Source: an uncultured Chloroflexia bacterium (GTDB lineage: Bacteria; Chloroflexota; Anaerolineae; CG2-30-64-16). Taken from it: a DNA stretch of 64,000 nt. The position numbers and the translations under genes are program-made. Below are positions 18,590 through 28,958 of the stretch, piece by piece (within the stretch, counting starts at the first letter, position 1; the number at the start of each line of letters is the position of its first letter). A model generated the notes under the pieces. That model did no database searches. It was not told where the DNA came from and was given only the letters and a program-made list of their open reading frames with translations. The DNA lies in the NCBI GenBank assembly GCA_963774265.1, contig CAVZDU010000007.1:96001-160000 (forward strand). The letters are read 5' to 3'.

Positions 18590-21501
18590 ATGAAACAGAC
18601 GCTTTCCATCACTCGCAAGGAACTCTCAGCGTACTTTGGCTCGCCCATGGCTCTGATTTTCGTCGGGGCCTTCCTGGCGGCGACGCTTTTCACCTTCTTC
18701 TGGGTCGATACCTTCTTCGCCCGCGGCATCGCGGACGTTCGGCCCCTGTTCCGCTGGATGCCGATACTGATGATCTTCCTGGTCGCTGCGCTCACCATGC
18801 GGCAGTGGAGCGAAGAACAACGCTCGGGCACGCTGGAGGTGCTGCTGACGTTGCCGGTCAGCAAGGTGCAGCTCGTCCTGGGCAAGTTCCTGGCCGTCAT
18901 GGCGCTGGTGCTCCTCGCGTTGGTTCTGACCCTCTTCCTGCCGATCACGGTGTCGCTGCTCGGCAACCTGGACTGGGGACCGGTCGTCGGCGGTTATCTG
19001 GCCGCCATCCTCATGGCCGCCGCGTACACGGCGATCGGGCTGTTCATTTCCTCACGCACCGACAACCAGATCGTCGCGCTGATCTTGAGCGTGCTGCTGT
19101 GCGGCGCCCTTTACCTGGTCGGCTCGTCGGTCGTCACCGATTTCGCGCCAGGCGCCTTGGGTGAGATTCTGCGTGCCGTTGGTGCGGGCAGCCGGTTCGA
19201 GAGCATCGAACGCGGGGTGATCGACCTGCGCGACCTGGTCTACTACTGTCACCGTAACCGGCATCTTCCTGACCCTCAATGTGTTGTCACTGGATCGTAA
19301 GCGATGGAGCACCGGCGCGCGCACGGTGAGTTACCGCCGCGGCATCGTTCTGACCTCTGCGCTAGTGGTGGCGAACCTGATCGTCACGAACATTTGGCTC
19401 TACCCCCTTAACGGGCTGCGGCTGGATCTGACTGAACAGCGCGAATACAGCCTGTCGCAGACCACCAAGAATCTGCTCCAAGGGCTGGCGGAGCCGTTGA
19501 CAATTCGAGCGTATGTGAGCGAGAAGACGCATCCCTTGCTGGCGCCGCTCCTGCCACAACTGGCGGATCTGCTGCGCGAGTACGAGATCGCAGGACGCGG
19601 CAAGGTGGACGCGGAGGTGATCGACCCCACCACAAACGCCGACGTCGAAGTCGAGGCGAACCAGACGTACGGCATCCAGCCCACACCGTTCCAGGTGGCG
19701 GGGCGCTACGAATCGTCGGTCATCAACGCCTACTTCGACGTGCTGGTGCGCTACGGCGACCAGAGCGAGGTGCTCAACTTCCGTGACTTGATCGAGGTGC
19801 AGTCGAAACCGCGACGGTACGGTCGATGTGCGCTTCCGCAACCTGGAGTACGACCTGACGCGCGCGATCAAGACGAGCGACGTCTGGGTTTCAGAGTGTG
19901 GATAGTTTGCTTGCCTCGCTCAACGGTGCGACCAAGCTGACGCTTTTCGTCACACCCAACAGCCTGCCGGACTCAGTTGAACGGATGCGCCGTCGACTAT
20001 CCAGAAGGTGGGACAGGAGCTGGCCGAGCAAATCTAACGGCAAGTTCACGTTCGACGACGATGGACCCGGACGCGGCAGGGCGCGACGGTCACGCGGGCA
20101 GCAAATGCTGGAGACCTACAAGCTGCGCCCGATTGCCGTCTCGCTTTTTTCGGATCAGACCTACTACCTCGACCTTATCCTGGAGACGACCGATGCAGAC
20201 GGCCAGGCATCCGTCTCAGTTGGTGACTCCGTCCGGCGACCTGAGCGAAACCAGCATCCGCTCGGCCATCGAGTCCGCACTGAAGCGCTCATCGACCGGC
20301 TTCCTGAAGGTTATTGGCCTTTGGACGCCATCGGAAATGCCGACGCAGAACATGTTCGGCCAGCAGCAGGCGGCTCTGCGCACCTGGCAGCGACTCCGCG
20401 CAGCAACTTGGCCGCGACTACACCGTGCGCGACGTTGACCTGGCGAGCGGGCAGGTTCCTGCGGACATCGACACGTTGCTCATTGTCTCGCCGGAAGGTT
20501 TGGATGAAAAGGCGCTTGTACGCGGTCGACCAATACCTGATGCGCGGGGCGCGGTGATCGTGGCTGCGGGCAACTACAGTGTTTCCGTGGATCAGATGGT
20601 CGGCGGATTGGCGCTGAATGCCACCGAAGGCGGGCTGGGCGACCTGCTCGAACACTACGGCATCAAGGTTGAGAAGTCGTTGGTGATGGACCCGCAGAAC
20701 GAGCCATTTCCGTCGACGGTGAAGCGAAATGTGGGCGGGATGGTCGTCCAAGAGGTGCAGGCGCTGAACTACCCGTTCTTCGTGGACGTGCGCGCTGACG
20801 GCATGGACAAAACCAGCGCGATCGTCAGCCAGCTAAACGCGGTGACTCTGAACTGGGCTTCACCGGTCATAGTTGACGAGGCCAAAAACCAGGGCCGGCA
20901 GACATCTGTGTTGCTGAAGTCTACGGCACGCTCCTGGCTGCGCACGAGCCTCGACATCAATCCGGACTTGGAGAAGTATGGGGACATCGGCTTCGCGGTC
21001 GAAGGCGAGCAATCATCGCGCCCGCTGGCAGTGGCTGTGCGCGGCAGCTTCGAGAGCTATTTCAAGGGCAAAGCATCTCCGCTGCTCCAGTCAACGGAGA
21101 CGGCAGCAGAAGGCCAGCCGACTCCAACGCCGGTTGCTCAGACCGGCAGCACGATCGAGAGCTCTCCGGACACAGCTCGGCTGGTGGTGTTTGGCAGCGG
21201 CGAGTTCCTGACCGATGTTATCTTCCAGGTTTCGGCCAGTATGTCAGGGGATCGCTACCTGAACAGCCTTCAATTGGCACAGAACGCGGTCGATTGGACG
21301 GTGGAGGACCTGGACCTGCTGAATATCCGCACCCGCGGTACATCGACGCGTGTCCTGGATCCACTCACAGAAGGCCAGCAGCGATTCGTTGAGTTCCTCA
21401 ACTATGGGTTGGCGCTCGCGGCGCTAGTCATCATCGCCGTGCTGTGGAACTTGCGGCGGCGTAATGAGAAGCCCCTGGTGTTGGTCGGAGAGAAACGATG
21501 A
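18590..21501 (+). CDS. ABC-2 permease fused to a GldG-like auxiliary domain; multiple apparent frameshifts
   Basis: GldF-like part (SEEQRSGTLEVLLTLP, IDLRDLVYY) appears to continue into RLDLTEQREYSLS and GldG-like NAVDW segments. Confidence 0.7.
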
Positions 21502-22481
21502 ACAAGTGGCAGCGTATCCTGATAATCGTTTTGGGGCTCCAGTTAGCGCTGGGCGTGTTTATCTTCTGGCCGCGGCCTGCAGTCAGCAGCGCCGGTCAGC
21601 CGTTGCTGGGCGATCTGAAGGCCGAAGAGATCACTGGGCTGACGATAACCGATGAACAGACCTCCACGAAACTGGCGAAGAGCGGGGATGGGTGGACAGC
21701 ACCGGATGCGGGGGCCTATCCCGCGGACGCAGCGAAAATCACGCCCGTGCTGGAGAAGTTGATCGGCATCAAAACCGGCAGGCTGATCGCACAAACCCCG
21801 GCGAGCCAAACTCAGCTGCAGGTGGCTGACAACAAGTTCGTGCGGAAGTTGGAGCTGGCGAAGGCTGATGGGACCGTGCAAACGGTGTACCTGGGCTCCT
21901 CCGGCGGCAGTCAGGCAGTGCACGTGCGGCTGGGCGGCAAGAATGAGGTGTACCTGGCCGGCGGCCTGGCGACGTGGGAGGTCAACGCGGATTTATTGTC
22001 ATGGGTCAATCCCATTTACCTGACCGTCACGACGGCGGATATCACGAGCTTTACGCTCAAGAACCAGAATGGCGACTTCACCTTAACAAAGGATGCGCAG
22101 GGCGCGTGGCAGTTGGCTGGCCTGGGCAGCGGCGAGATTCTGGATGCAAACAAGGCGGCGAGCCTCGTCAACAGTGTCACCTCGCTGCGCATGACGAAGC
22201 CGCTCGGTAAGTCCGAAGACGCCGCCTGGGGCCTGGCTCAGCCTGGTGCGACGGTCACGATGCAGGTCAAGAGTGGGGATCAGGCCAAGACGATCACGCT
22301 GACCGTCGGCGCAAAAGATGCGGCGGATAACTCGTACGCCGTGAAGTCATCCGAGTCGGAGTACTACGCACGCGTAGCTGAGTCTTCCGTGCAGGAGCTG
22401 GTCGGTCGGGATCGGGCGGGCTTCCTGGCGGCCGCGCCGACGCCGGCAGCGACGTTACCAGCCGGCACGCCCGCGCCCTGA
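21498..22481 (+). CDS. DUF4340 domain protein
   Basis: N-terminal TM anchor; two repeat halves; typical position after GldG-like genes; ATGA overlap. Confidence 0.75.
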   Translation: MNKWQRILIIVLGLQLALGVFIFWPRPAVSSAGQPLLGDLKAEEITGLTITDEQTSTKLAKSGDGWTAPDAGAYPADAAKITPVLEKLIGIKTGRLIAQTPASQTQLQVADNKFVRKLELAKADGTVQTVYLGSSGGSQAVHVRLGGKNEVYLAGGLATWEVNADLLSWVNPIYLTVTTADITSFTLKNQNGDFTLTKDAQGAWQLAGLGSGEILDANKAASLVNSVTSLRMTKPLGKSEDAAWGLAQPGATVTMQVKSGDQAKTITLTVGAKDAADNSYAVKSSESEYYARVAESSVQELVGRDRAGFLAAAPTPAATLPAGTPAP

Positions 22482-22618
22482 GCGTGACTGAGAGCATCTT
22501 GCGCCGGTCGTGATGCCAACCTGATTATCATCATTTTCACCCGGTGCAAGGCGTGCTACACTGTCGTCGGCGTCGGTGCGGCGCCTGAATCTGTTTTGTG
22601 CTATGCGGAGGAAAGAAG

Positions 22619-22819
22619 ATGTACGTCATTACTGTTGACGTAGACAAGTGTGAAGCATGCAGCGACTGCGTCGATGCTTGCCCGAACGAACTGATGGCAT
22701 TGGTCGAGGAAGGTGGGAAGAAGTACGCGATGTATAAGGGCGATCCGGACGATTGCATCGGCTGCTATTCGTGCGAATCTTCCTGCGAGCAGGGCGCCGT
22801 CACCATTACTGAGCTCTAA
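22619..22819 (+). CDS. small ferredoxin with two CxxCxxCxxxC motifs
   Basis: CEACSDCVDACP and CIGCYSCESSCE; GGAGG RBS. Confidence 0.92.
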   Translation: MYVITVDVDKCEACSDCVDACPNELMALVEEGGKKYAMYKGDPDDCIGCYSCESSCEQGAVTITEL

Positions 22820-22894
22820 TCGACGTTTCGACTCACTGACAAGAACGAGGGACGGCCATTCGCCGCCCCTCGTTGCGTTTAAGCGCAAGTAAGG

Positions 22895-24379
22895 TCAGAC
22901 AGTTGCCGAAGGCTTGAAGCCGGACGCAGCCCTCTTAGGGGCGGCGACGCCGCGCAGCGCCACCACAGACACCAGGAACATGACTCCGTAGATTGCGAAG
23001 AGCAGGACGTAGCCTGCCCCTGGCAGGTCAGGCAGCCGCACGGTGACATAGTCTGCAATGGGCCCGCCAATATAGGCGCCCACCGCCCCTGCACCGGCCC
23101 CAGCCAGGTTCGAGATGCCCAGATAGCGGCCGGCTTCGGCCTTCGGGACGATCCGCGTGCCAAGCGCCCAGTTCGCGGTGAAGAAAAAGCCGGTGGCGAT
23201 CCCGATCAAGCTGCCGCCAGCATAGATGATATTCATGCCGGGGGAGAGCAAGACGACCAACACACCCAGGGCCGCCACAAACCCACTGATGAGCACCAGC
23301 CGTTTGTGTCCGAAGCGATCTCCCAGGAACCCGCTGGGGATGGCTGCCACGAGGATGAATACGCCGATCACGGTCATCAGCAGCGCCGCCGGCCCCACGG
23401 CTTTTTCGCGTTCGAGGCCCAGCCGGGCCTGCAAGAAGTAGACCGCGAAAGTTGACAGGTTCGTCGTGCCGACAAAGAACGCCAGCCGGTTTACGACCCA
23501 CCAGGTGAAGGATGGATTGCCCTGGGCCGCGCGGTTGCCGATGCTGATCCGGACGCTGATCCATACGCCGGCCGCAACAGCCACCACGATGGCCAGTACC
23601 CCGATGATGCCGATGAGAGGCAGCAGCAGGGCTGGTGAAGTAATTCCCGAAAGCAGGTCACTCAGGAGGCGGATTCCTGCTCCCAGGCCAAGAATGATTG
23701 CGGTGAAGATGGCGGTCATCACCACCAGGCGCAAGATCGGCGCCCAGTCCAAGGGAGGGGCCTCTTCTTTGGGCAGCGGCCGCTCCGGCGCCAGCATGGC
23801 GAATCCCATGGAGATCAACAGCACAGCCATCGCCAGCCCCAACCCCAGCCAAAGGTTCCCCGCGCTGATGAAGCGTGCGATCGTGAACGACACCAGGATC
23901 AGGGGGAGGGGAACTTCGAGCACAGCTTTGACCGCCGAGAACCGTCCGCGCTGCTCGTCAGGGACGAGGTCGGGGATGAGGCCTTGCTGTGCGCCGTGGG
24001 CCGTGTTGGCGGCGACCGCCTGGAGGACTGCAACGGCGAAAAGAAACCAATAGCCTGCCATCCCCGTCAGGCCGGGTGCGAAGCCGGTCAGGACGATGAA
24101 GACGGTCATCGCCAACGAACCGATGAGGATGAACGGGCGTCGCCGCCCCAGGTGAGAGGTGTTGCTGTCGGACAACATGCCCATGAGGGCTTGCCACAGG
24201 AGCGCGACCATGAGGCTCCACAGCCTCAATTCGCCGAGGCGCGCGCCCTTCGTCGCCTCGCCCACGAAGTTCTGGACCAGCAGCGGGAAAACTAACCCGT
24301 TGGTCTGCGACAGCGTTGTGAGCGCGAGGAAGAAGATGTTAATGGTGATAAGATCGTACCAGCGCAACTGTCGGGACAT
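22895..24379 (-). CDS. MFS transporter
   Basis: LSD...GRRRPF and LGDRFGHKR motifs; AGGAGG RBS. Confidence 0.85.
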   Translation of the reverse strand: MSRQLRWYDLITINIFFLALTTLSQTNGLVFPLLVQNFVGEATKGARLGELRLWSLMVALLWQALMGMLSDSNTSHLGRRRPFILIGSLAMTVFIVLTGFAPGLTGMAGYWFLFAVAVLQAVAANTAHGAQQGLIPDLVPDEQRGRFSAVKAVLEVPLPLILVSFTIARFISAGNLWLGLGLAMAVLLISMGFAMLAPERPLPKEEAPPLDWAPILRLVVMTAIFTAIILGLGAGIRLLSDLLSGITSPALLLPLIGIIGVLAIVVAVAAGVWISVRISIGNRAAQGNPSFTWWVVNRLAFFVGTTNLSTFAVYFLQARLGLEREKAVGPAALLMTVIGVFILVAAIPSGFLGDRFGHKRLVLISGFVAALGVLVVLLSPGMNIIYAGGSLIGIATGFFFTANWALGTRIVPKAEAGRYLGISNLAGAGAGAVGAYIGGPIADYVTVRLPDLPGAGYVLLFAIYGVMFLVSVVALRGVAAPKRAASGFKPSATV

Positions 24380-24465
24380 ACGCCTCCTTATAGGCTGGTG
24401 ACCGTGCATGGGTTTGGCGTGTGAAGATGGAGTTTGACAGCGGTTCTATGCCGCATTGTCAGGCC

Positions 24466-24811
24466 TCAAGGGAGCAATGCGATTTCCGGCAACCAGTGTT
24501 TTGCGAGACGACAGACCATCGTATAGGCCGGGTCGTAGATGTTGCCCAGGTCGTAGTCGACGCATTGGCCCAAAAGAATGCTGGCCTCAGACACCGTCAA
24601 GCCGTAGTCCTCAGTCAGCCAGCGGAGCATTTCGGTCGTTGCGTGCTGGACAGCCTGGTCCAGCGGCCGCGCGTTGCCGGTCGTGACAATCCAACCCAAA
24701 TGCATCGATCGTGGTCGTGATGATTGTATCGCCGTCCGCAACGGTGAGGGCCGGCGGATGCGAGCCAATGGTGTTGTAGTACCGGGTGGGCTTGAAGTGA
24801 TGGGTTGTCAT
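24466..24811 (-). pseudogene. acetamidase/formamidase family remnant with a large internal deletion
   Basis: N-terminus (HPPALTVADGDTIITTTIDA) joined out of frame to the C-terminus (GNARPLDQAVQHATTEMLRWL...YTMVC) near 24690. Confidence 0.75.
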
Positions 24812-24816
24812 GTGGT

Positions 24817-25794
24817 CTATCCCCAATTCTGCCGGGCCACTTCGGCCGCGAAGGCAGCGTTCGTCTCGCGCAGCGCGCTCTCCGACTCGACGCCGCGAGC
24901 CATGGCCCATGCAACCAGGTCGAACAGCACCTGGCCCAGCACTTCCGGCGCAACGGTTTCGTCTGGCGACAGATTCGCCAACGCAGCCCAGGGCTCGGCG
25001 GGTGGGCGAGAGGGACGCAGACGCGACATGCGATCCAGGTAGGATTCAGCTTGTGCGAGCGCGGGCAGGCCAGGCGGGATGCTCGCCAAGGGTGAGCGTT
25101 TTTCGCCGTTCTCCGCGCGCTCGGCAGCCTTGATCGCCTCCCAATTTGCCAGAACCTCGTCCGTGCCGCTGACGGCTACTTCACCGAAGACATGCGGGTG
25201 GCGGCGGATCAACTTGTCGACGATACGCTCTATGACCTGTGGGAAACGGTACTGCCCGTTTTCCGACGCGATTTGAGCCTGGAGCGCGATCTGCAGCAGG
25301 AGGTCGCCCTGCTCTTCGAGTACCTTTTGCGGATTGCCCGCGTCCAACGCTGCCAACAACTCGTAGGTCTCCTCAAGCAGGAACGGCCGCAGCTTTTCCC
25401 ACGTCAGCTCACGGTCCCACGGACAGCCATCCGGCGCTCGCAGCCGGGCCGAGACGTTTTGCAGAGCGGAGAAAGATCCGGGCGTGGACAGGGCCGGCAC
25501 GAAGAGCGCGCGAGCCGCTGATCCCTCCTGGCTAAGCTGACCCAGGGGCACGGTTGCTGCGGTTTCGGTAAGAAGCATCAGCTCATGATGGGGATCATAG
25601 GTTTGCAGCAACACATCGCGGATGCGATCCAAGGTGAGCTGATCCAGCCCCAACACCAGCGTCGGGCTGGAAGGGTCGAGCAGGGGATAGTACTGCCGCG
25701 CCAGCGTCGCGGCATCGACCAGTTGCAGAGTATCAAAAGCGGGTTGCCCCAGCGCCTTCAGCGCCGCGCTCACCTCAGATAGCGAAATAGCCAT
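24817..25794 (-). CDS. mazG: MazG family nucleotide pyrophosphohydrolase (YabN-like N-terminal extension)
   Basis: LRAPDGCPWD, LLEETYE, EEQGDLL, KLIRRHPHVF. Confidence 0.88.
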   Translation of the reverse strand: MAISLSEVSAALKALGQPAFDTLQLVDAATLARQYYPLLDPSSPTLVLGLDQLTLDRIRDVLLQTYDPHHELMLLTETAATVPLGQLSQEGSAARALFVPALSTPGSFSALQNVSARLRAPDGCPWDRELTWEKLRPFLLEETYELLAALDAGNPQKVLEEQGDLLLQIALQAQIASENGQYRFPQVIERIVDKLIRRHPHVFGEVAVSGTDEVLANWEAIKAAERAENGEKRSPLASIPPGLPALAQAESYLDRMSRLRPSRPPAEPWAALANLSPDETVAPEVLGQVLFDLVAWAMARGVESESALRETNAAFAAEVARQNWG

Positions 25795-25860
25795 GCATTT
25801 ATGCCTCCGGCGGCGATTATACCTTGCCCTTTCTTCTTGCCCAAGGAGCGCCTGTATCCG

Positions 25861-25896
25861 GAAACAAAAATCCACCGGCCATTTCGCCGGTGGATC
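25861..25896 (-). terminator. intrinsic terminator
   Basis: Minus strand ATCCACCGGC-GAAATG-GCCGGTGGAT then TTTTGTTT. Confidence 0.7.
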
Positions 25897-25917
25897 AAGG
25901 GTGAGTTTTTCTGGCGA

Positions 25918-26289
25918 TTACATCTCACCGCCAAGGGCCATCTGTACGTGTTCGGCGTGCATGATCAGATGCTCTGCGCACGTGGCGTCAATGGTGATTC
26001 CCGCCTGCGCCTCGACCTTCATAATGAACACATCAAGCTGCTGAATGGCCTTTTCGGGTTGTCCCGCCTGCCCGAAGCTCTGAGCACGGGCGAGAGTAGC
26101 TTGCAGGCTCGTGTAGACGCCCTGGTTATTGATGTGGGCCATGTCGTACGCGTGATGGACATGCATGTCGAGTGAGGCTATCGTGGCCTCATGGACCATC
26201 TCGTGATCGCACGCCTCCATGGCGAACGCAGGTGAGGCGGTGAGCACAACGATCACAACCAGGAGCAGGGAGACGAGAAAACGTTTCAT
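25918..26289 (-). CDS. secreted His/Met-rich small protein with a FIMAH-like helical domain
   Basis: Signal peptide ending AFA; SLQATL..A...G..EKAIQQLDVFI.KVEAQAG..I pattern; GGAGG RBS. Confidence 0.65.
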   Translation of the reverse strand: MKRFLVSLLLVVIVVLTASPAFAMEACDHEMVHEATIASLDMHVHHAYDMAHINNQGVYTSLQATLARAQSFGQAGQPEKAIQQLDVFIMKVEAQAGITIDATCAEHLIMHAEHVQMALGGEM

Positions 26290-26513
26290 GCGAAACCTCC
26301 GTGAATGTAGCAGCACGTTCTGTGCTGATAGTCTCATTGTAAGCCCAGCACAGAGCCAGGGCGAGCGCTATGTGGCGTGTGTTGACCGCGCCATTTGACC
26401 CATCCGGCGACAGCGCCGTCAGGCTCGCTGCGATAGGTGCAACTCTGCCGAACTGCCGAAGCATGATATGATTCAGATTGCTTCGGCACGCTGTTGAATG
26501 CGAAGGAGGAATC

Positions 26514-27572
26514 TTGAACGAAGGGAAAGAGTTCTTGCTCTATGGGGCGACAGGATACACAGGCGCATTGACCGCGCGCATGTCTGTGCAGCAGGGGCTG
26601 CGGCCTCTCCTCGCCGGGCGTAATCGTGAGAAGGTTGAGGCGCTGGCGGGTGAACTGGGGCTGCCGTGGCGCGCGTTCGGGCTTGATGACAAGTTGGCGC
26701 TGCAGTCCGCTCTTAGCGAGGTCGCCGTCGTTCTGCATTGCGCGGGCCCATATTCGCAAACCTACCCGCCCATGGTCGAGGCATGTCTGCGAACGGGAAC
26801 ACACTACCTGGACCTCACCGGGGAGATGGCCGAGCACGAAGCCCTGGCCGCGCGGGATGCTGAGGCAAAGGCCGCGGGGGTGATGGTGCTGCCCAGCGTT
26901 GGCTTCGACGTCGTACCGTCAGACTGTCTCGCCGTGCACGTCGCGGGGCGACTCCCCTCTGCAACCCACCTTGCCCTCGCTTTCAGTTCCGCTGGGGGCT
27001 GGTCGCGTGGGACTATGATTTCATCGATGGAAGCGGCCGCGCATCCGGGAATCGTGCGGAGAGCCGGAAAGCTGACGCGGGTGCCGGCGGCGTACAGATC
27101 ACGTAAGATAGATTTCGGGAGCGGGCCGGTGAATTGCGTGACGATCCCCTGGGGTGACGTGGCGACCGCATACTACTCGACAGGCATCCCGAACATCGAA
27201 ACTTACATCGCATTGCCCGGGACGCTGCAACGTGTGCTGCGCAGCGCAGATGCCGTTGCACCGTTCGCGACGAGCAAGCTGGGCCAACGTGTGCTTAAGG
27301 GTTTGGTCGGCCTGCTGCCTGCAGGGCCGGACGAAAAGTCGCGCGAGCAAGGCTACGCGTTGCTGTGGGCCGAGGCGAGTGATGAAGCTGGGAGACGGGT
27401 TGTGTCGCGGATGCGCACGCCCCACTCTTACACGCTCACCGCGCTGACGGGGTTAGACATCGTGCGTCGTGTACTGGCAGGCGATGTGCACCCTGGGTAT
27501 CAGACGCCGGCAAAGGCGTATGGGCCGGAATTGGTGATGGAGATCGCAGGGGTGACGCGATGGGATGAGTAG
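26514..27572 (+). CDS. saccharopine dehydrogenase-like oxidoreductase
   Basis: YGATGYTG, HCAGPY, HYLDLTGE, GFDVVPSD. Confidence 0.88.
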   Translation: MNEGKEFLLYGATGYTGALTARMSVQQGLRPLLAGRNREKVEALAGELGLPWRAFGLDDKLALQSALSEVAVVLHCAGPYSQTYPPMVEACLRTGTHYLDLTGEMAEHEALAARDAEAKAAGVMVLPSVGFDVVPSDCLAVHVAGRLPSATHLALAFSSAGGWSRGTMISSMEAAAHPGIVRRAGKLTRVPAAYRSRKIDFGSGPVNCVTIPWGDVATAYYSTGIPNIETYIALPGTLQRVLRSADAVAPFATSKLGQRVLKGLVGLLPAGPDEKSREQGYALLWAEASDEAGRRVVSRMRTPHSYTLTALTGLDIVRRVLAGDVHPGYQTPAKAYGPELVMEIAGVTRWDE

Positions 27573-27576
27573 CTCC

Positions 27577-27909
27577 TTACGGGGCAAACTCCCGGTAGAA
27601 GCATGTCTCCTTCCCTGAGTGACACGCGGGTCCTGCCGGCTCCACCTGCACCAACAACGTATCGCCATCGCAGTCCACGCAGATGCTCAGCACGCGCTGG
27701 ATGTTGCCCGACGTATCCCCCTTGTGCCACAGCTCCTTACGACTGCGGCTCCAGAAGTGGGTCTGGCCGGTTTCCAGCGTTTTGCGGAGTGACGGCTCGT
27801 TCATCCACGCCATCATCAGCACATCACCAGTCGAAGCATCCTGCACCACAGCCGGAATGAGGCCCTGGTCGTTCCACTTCAACTCGCACCAAGCGACTTG
27901 CTCTGCCAT
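27577..27909 (-). CDS. hisI: phosphoribosyl-AMP cyclohydrolase
   Basis: WSRSR.ELWHKG.TSG, DCDGD, ACH.G..TCF. Confidence 0.95.
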   Translation of the reverse strand: MAEQVAWCELKWNDQGLIPAVVQDASTGDVLMMAWMNEPSLRKTLETGQTHFWSRSRKELWHKGDTSGNIQRVLSICVDCDGDTLLVQVEPAGPACHSGKETCFYREFAP

Positions 27910-27964
27910 CGCTCCTCCTTCCCGTAAATATACACTTTATGCCCCAGATTACAAAATAAATGGC

Positions 27965-28939
27965 CTATCGTCGCCGGCCGGGTAGGATGTAGGGATAGGG
28001 ATGCTGGCGCAGCAGGCAGACGCGGCGATCGACACGGCGCAGGAAGAGATAGGTGCGCCAGATGAAAGCGTCCCGCCGATGGAAGCGTCGCACCTCTTCA
28101 AGCGTGACCGGCCGGAAGTGATGCTCGCGGCGTTCGGCGAGGAAGTACCAGTTGACCGCATCGATGATGCCAGGCACCAACTCGGATCGGCCCTCCTGGT
28201 GGATCTTTGCCACCAGGTCCATGGCGACCCGGCGAAAATCGTAGAAACGTGTCAGGAGCTCCGGGAGGAATGTGCGGCGAATGATGGGCACTAGCACGGT
28301 GGGTGCAGCCCGGAGGAAGGGTTCCGGATCCACCTGCTCCACACCATACCGGCGCATAAAGGGAACATTGGTATGGAGATAAACGAGTTTAAGCCGATCG
28401 GGCAGTTCGCCTTTGTCGGGATCGAAGCCCAGGAGCGCCCAATTGGAGATTTCGCTGTCGATGCCCAGTTCGAGATCCCCCTGGTGCACCCGGTTCAGGT
28501 CGAAGACCTTCGCCGTTTCCCCGAGGATGGCCATCACCAGCCGGCTTACGTCTGGGGGTGACAGCCGGTAGGTGGCCATGTGACAGATCGTGTCCTCAGG
28601 GAGTAGCTCCTGGACAATGTAGACCACGACATAACGGTGGGACGCATCCGGCAACTGCACCGTGGTAGAAGACGCCACGCGCACTCCTGCCCGCTCGCCA
28701 AGGGTCTTGATGTACCGCCGGTGCAGCGTCTCGTACTTACCCGCATCGTCTGTTCCCAGAAAAACTGGAAGGCGCTTGTAGACCAGTGCCGGTGCGCCCT
28801 TGCCGCCTATGGTCATAATGGTGCTCGTCTCGCCGTAATCGAGGACGCGCGCGGGGATGACGCCATGCTCGGGACGACGCGGATCCAGTCCCGCTTCGAA
28901 GCGAGAAAGCAGTTGCAGGTCGATTGAGGTCCCAGTCAT
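27965..28939 (-). CDS. hypothetical protein (DUF6206-like)
   Basis: Intact 324-aa ORF; YGE.S...YKRLP N-terminal pattern recalled for this family. Confidence 0.6.
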   Translation of the reverse strand: MTGTSIDLQLLSRFEAGLDPRRPEHGVIPARVLDYGETSTIMTIGGKGAPALVYKRLPVFLGTDDAGKYETLHRRYIKTLGERAGVRVASSTTVQLPDASHRYVVVYIVQELLPEDTICHMATYRLSPPDVSRLVMAILGETAKVFDLNRVHQGDLELGIDSEISNWALLGFDPDKGELPDRLKLVYLHTNVPFMRRYGVEQVDPEPFLRAAPTVLVPIIRRTFLPELLTRFYDFRRVAMDLVAKIHQEGRSELVPGIIDAVNWYFLAERREHHFRPVTLEEVRRFHRRDAFIWRTYLFLRRVDRRVCLLRQHPYPYILPGRRR

Positions 28940-28958
28940 CTTCGGAACGGGATCCAGG

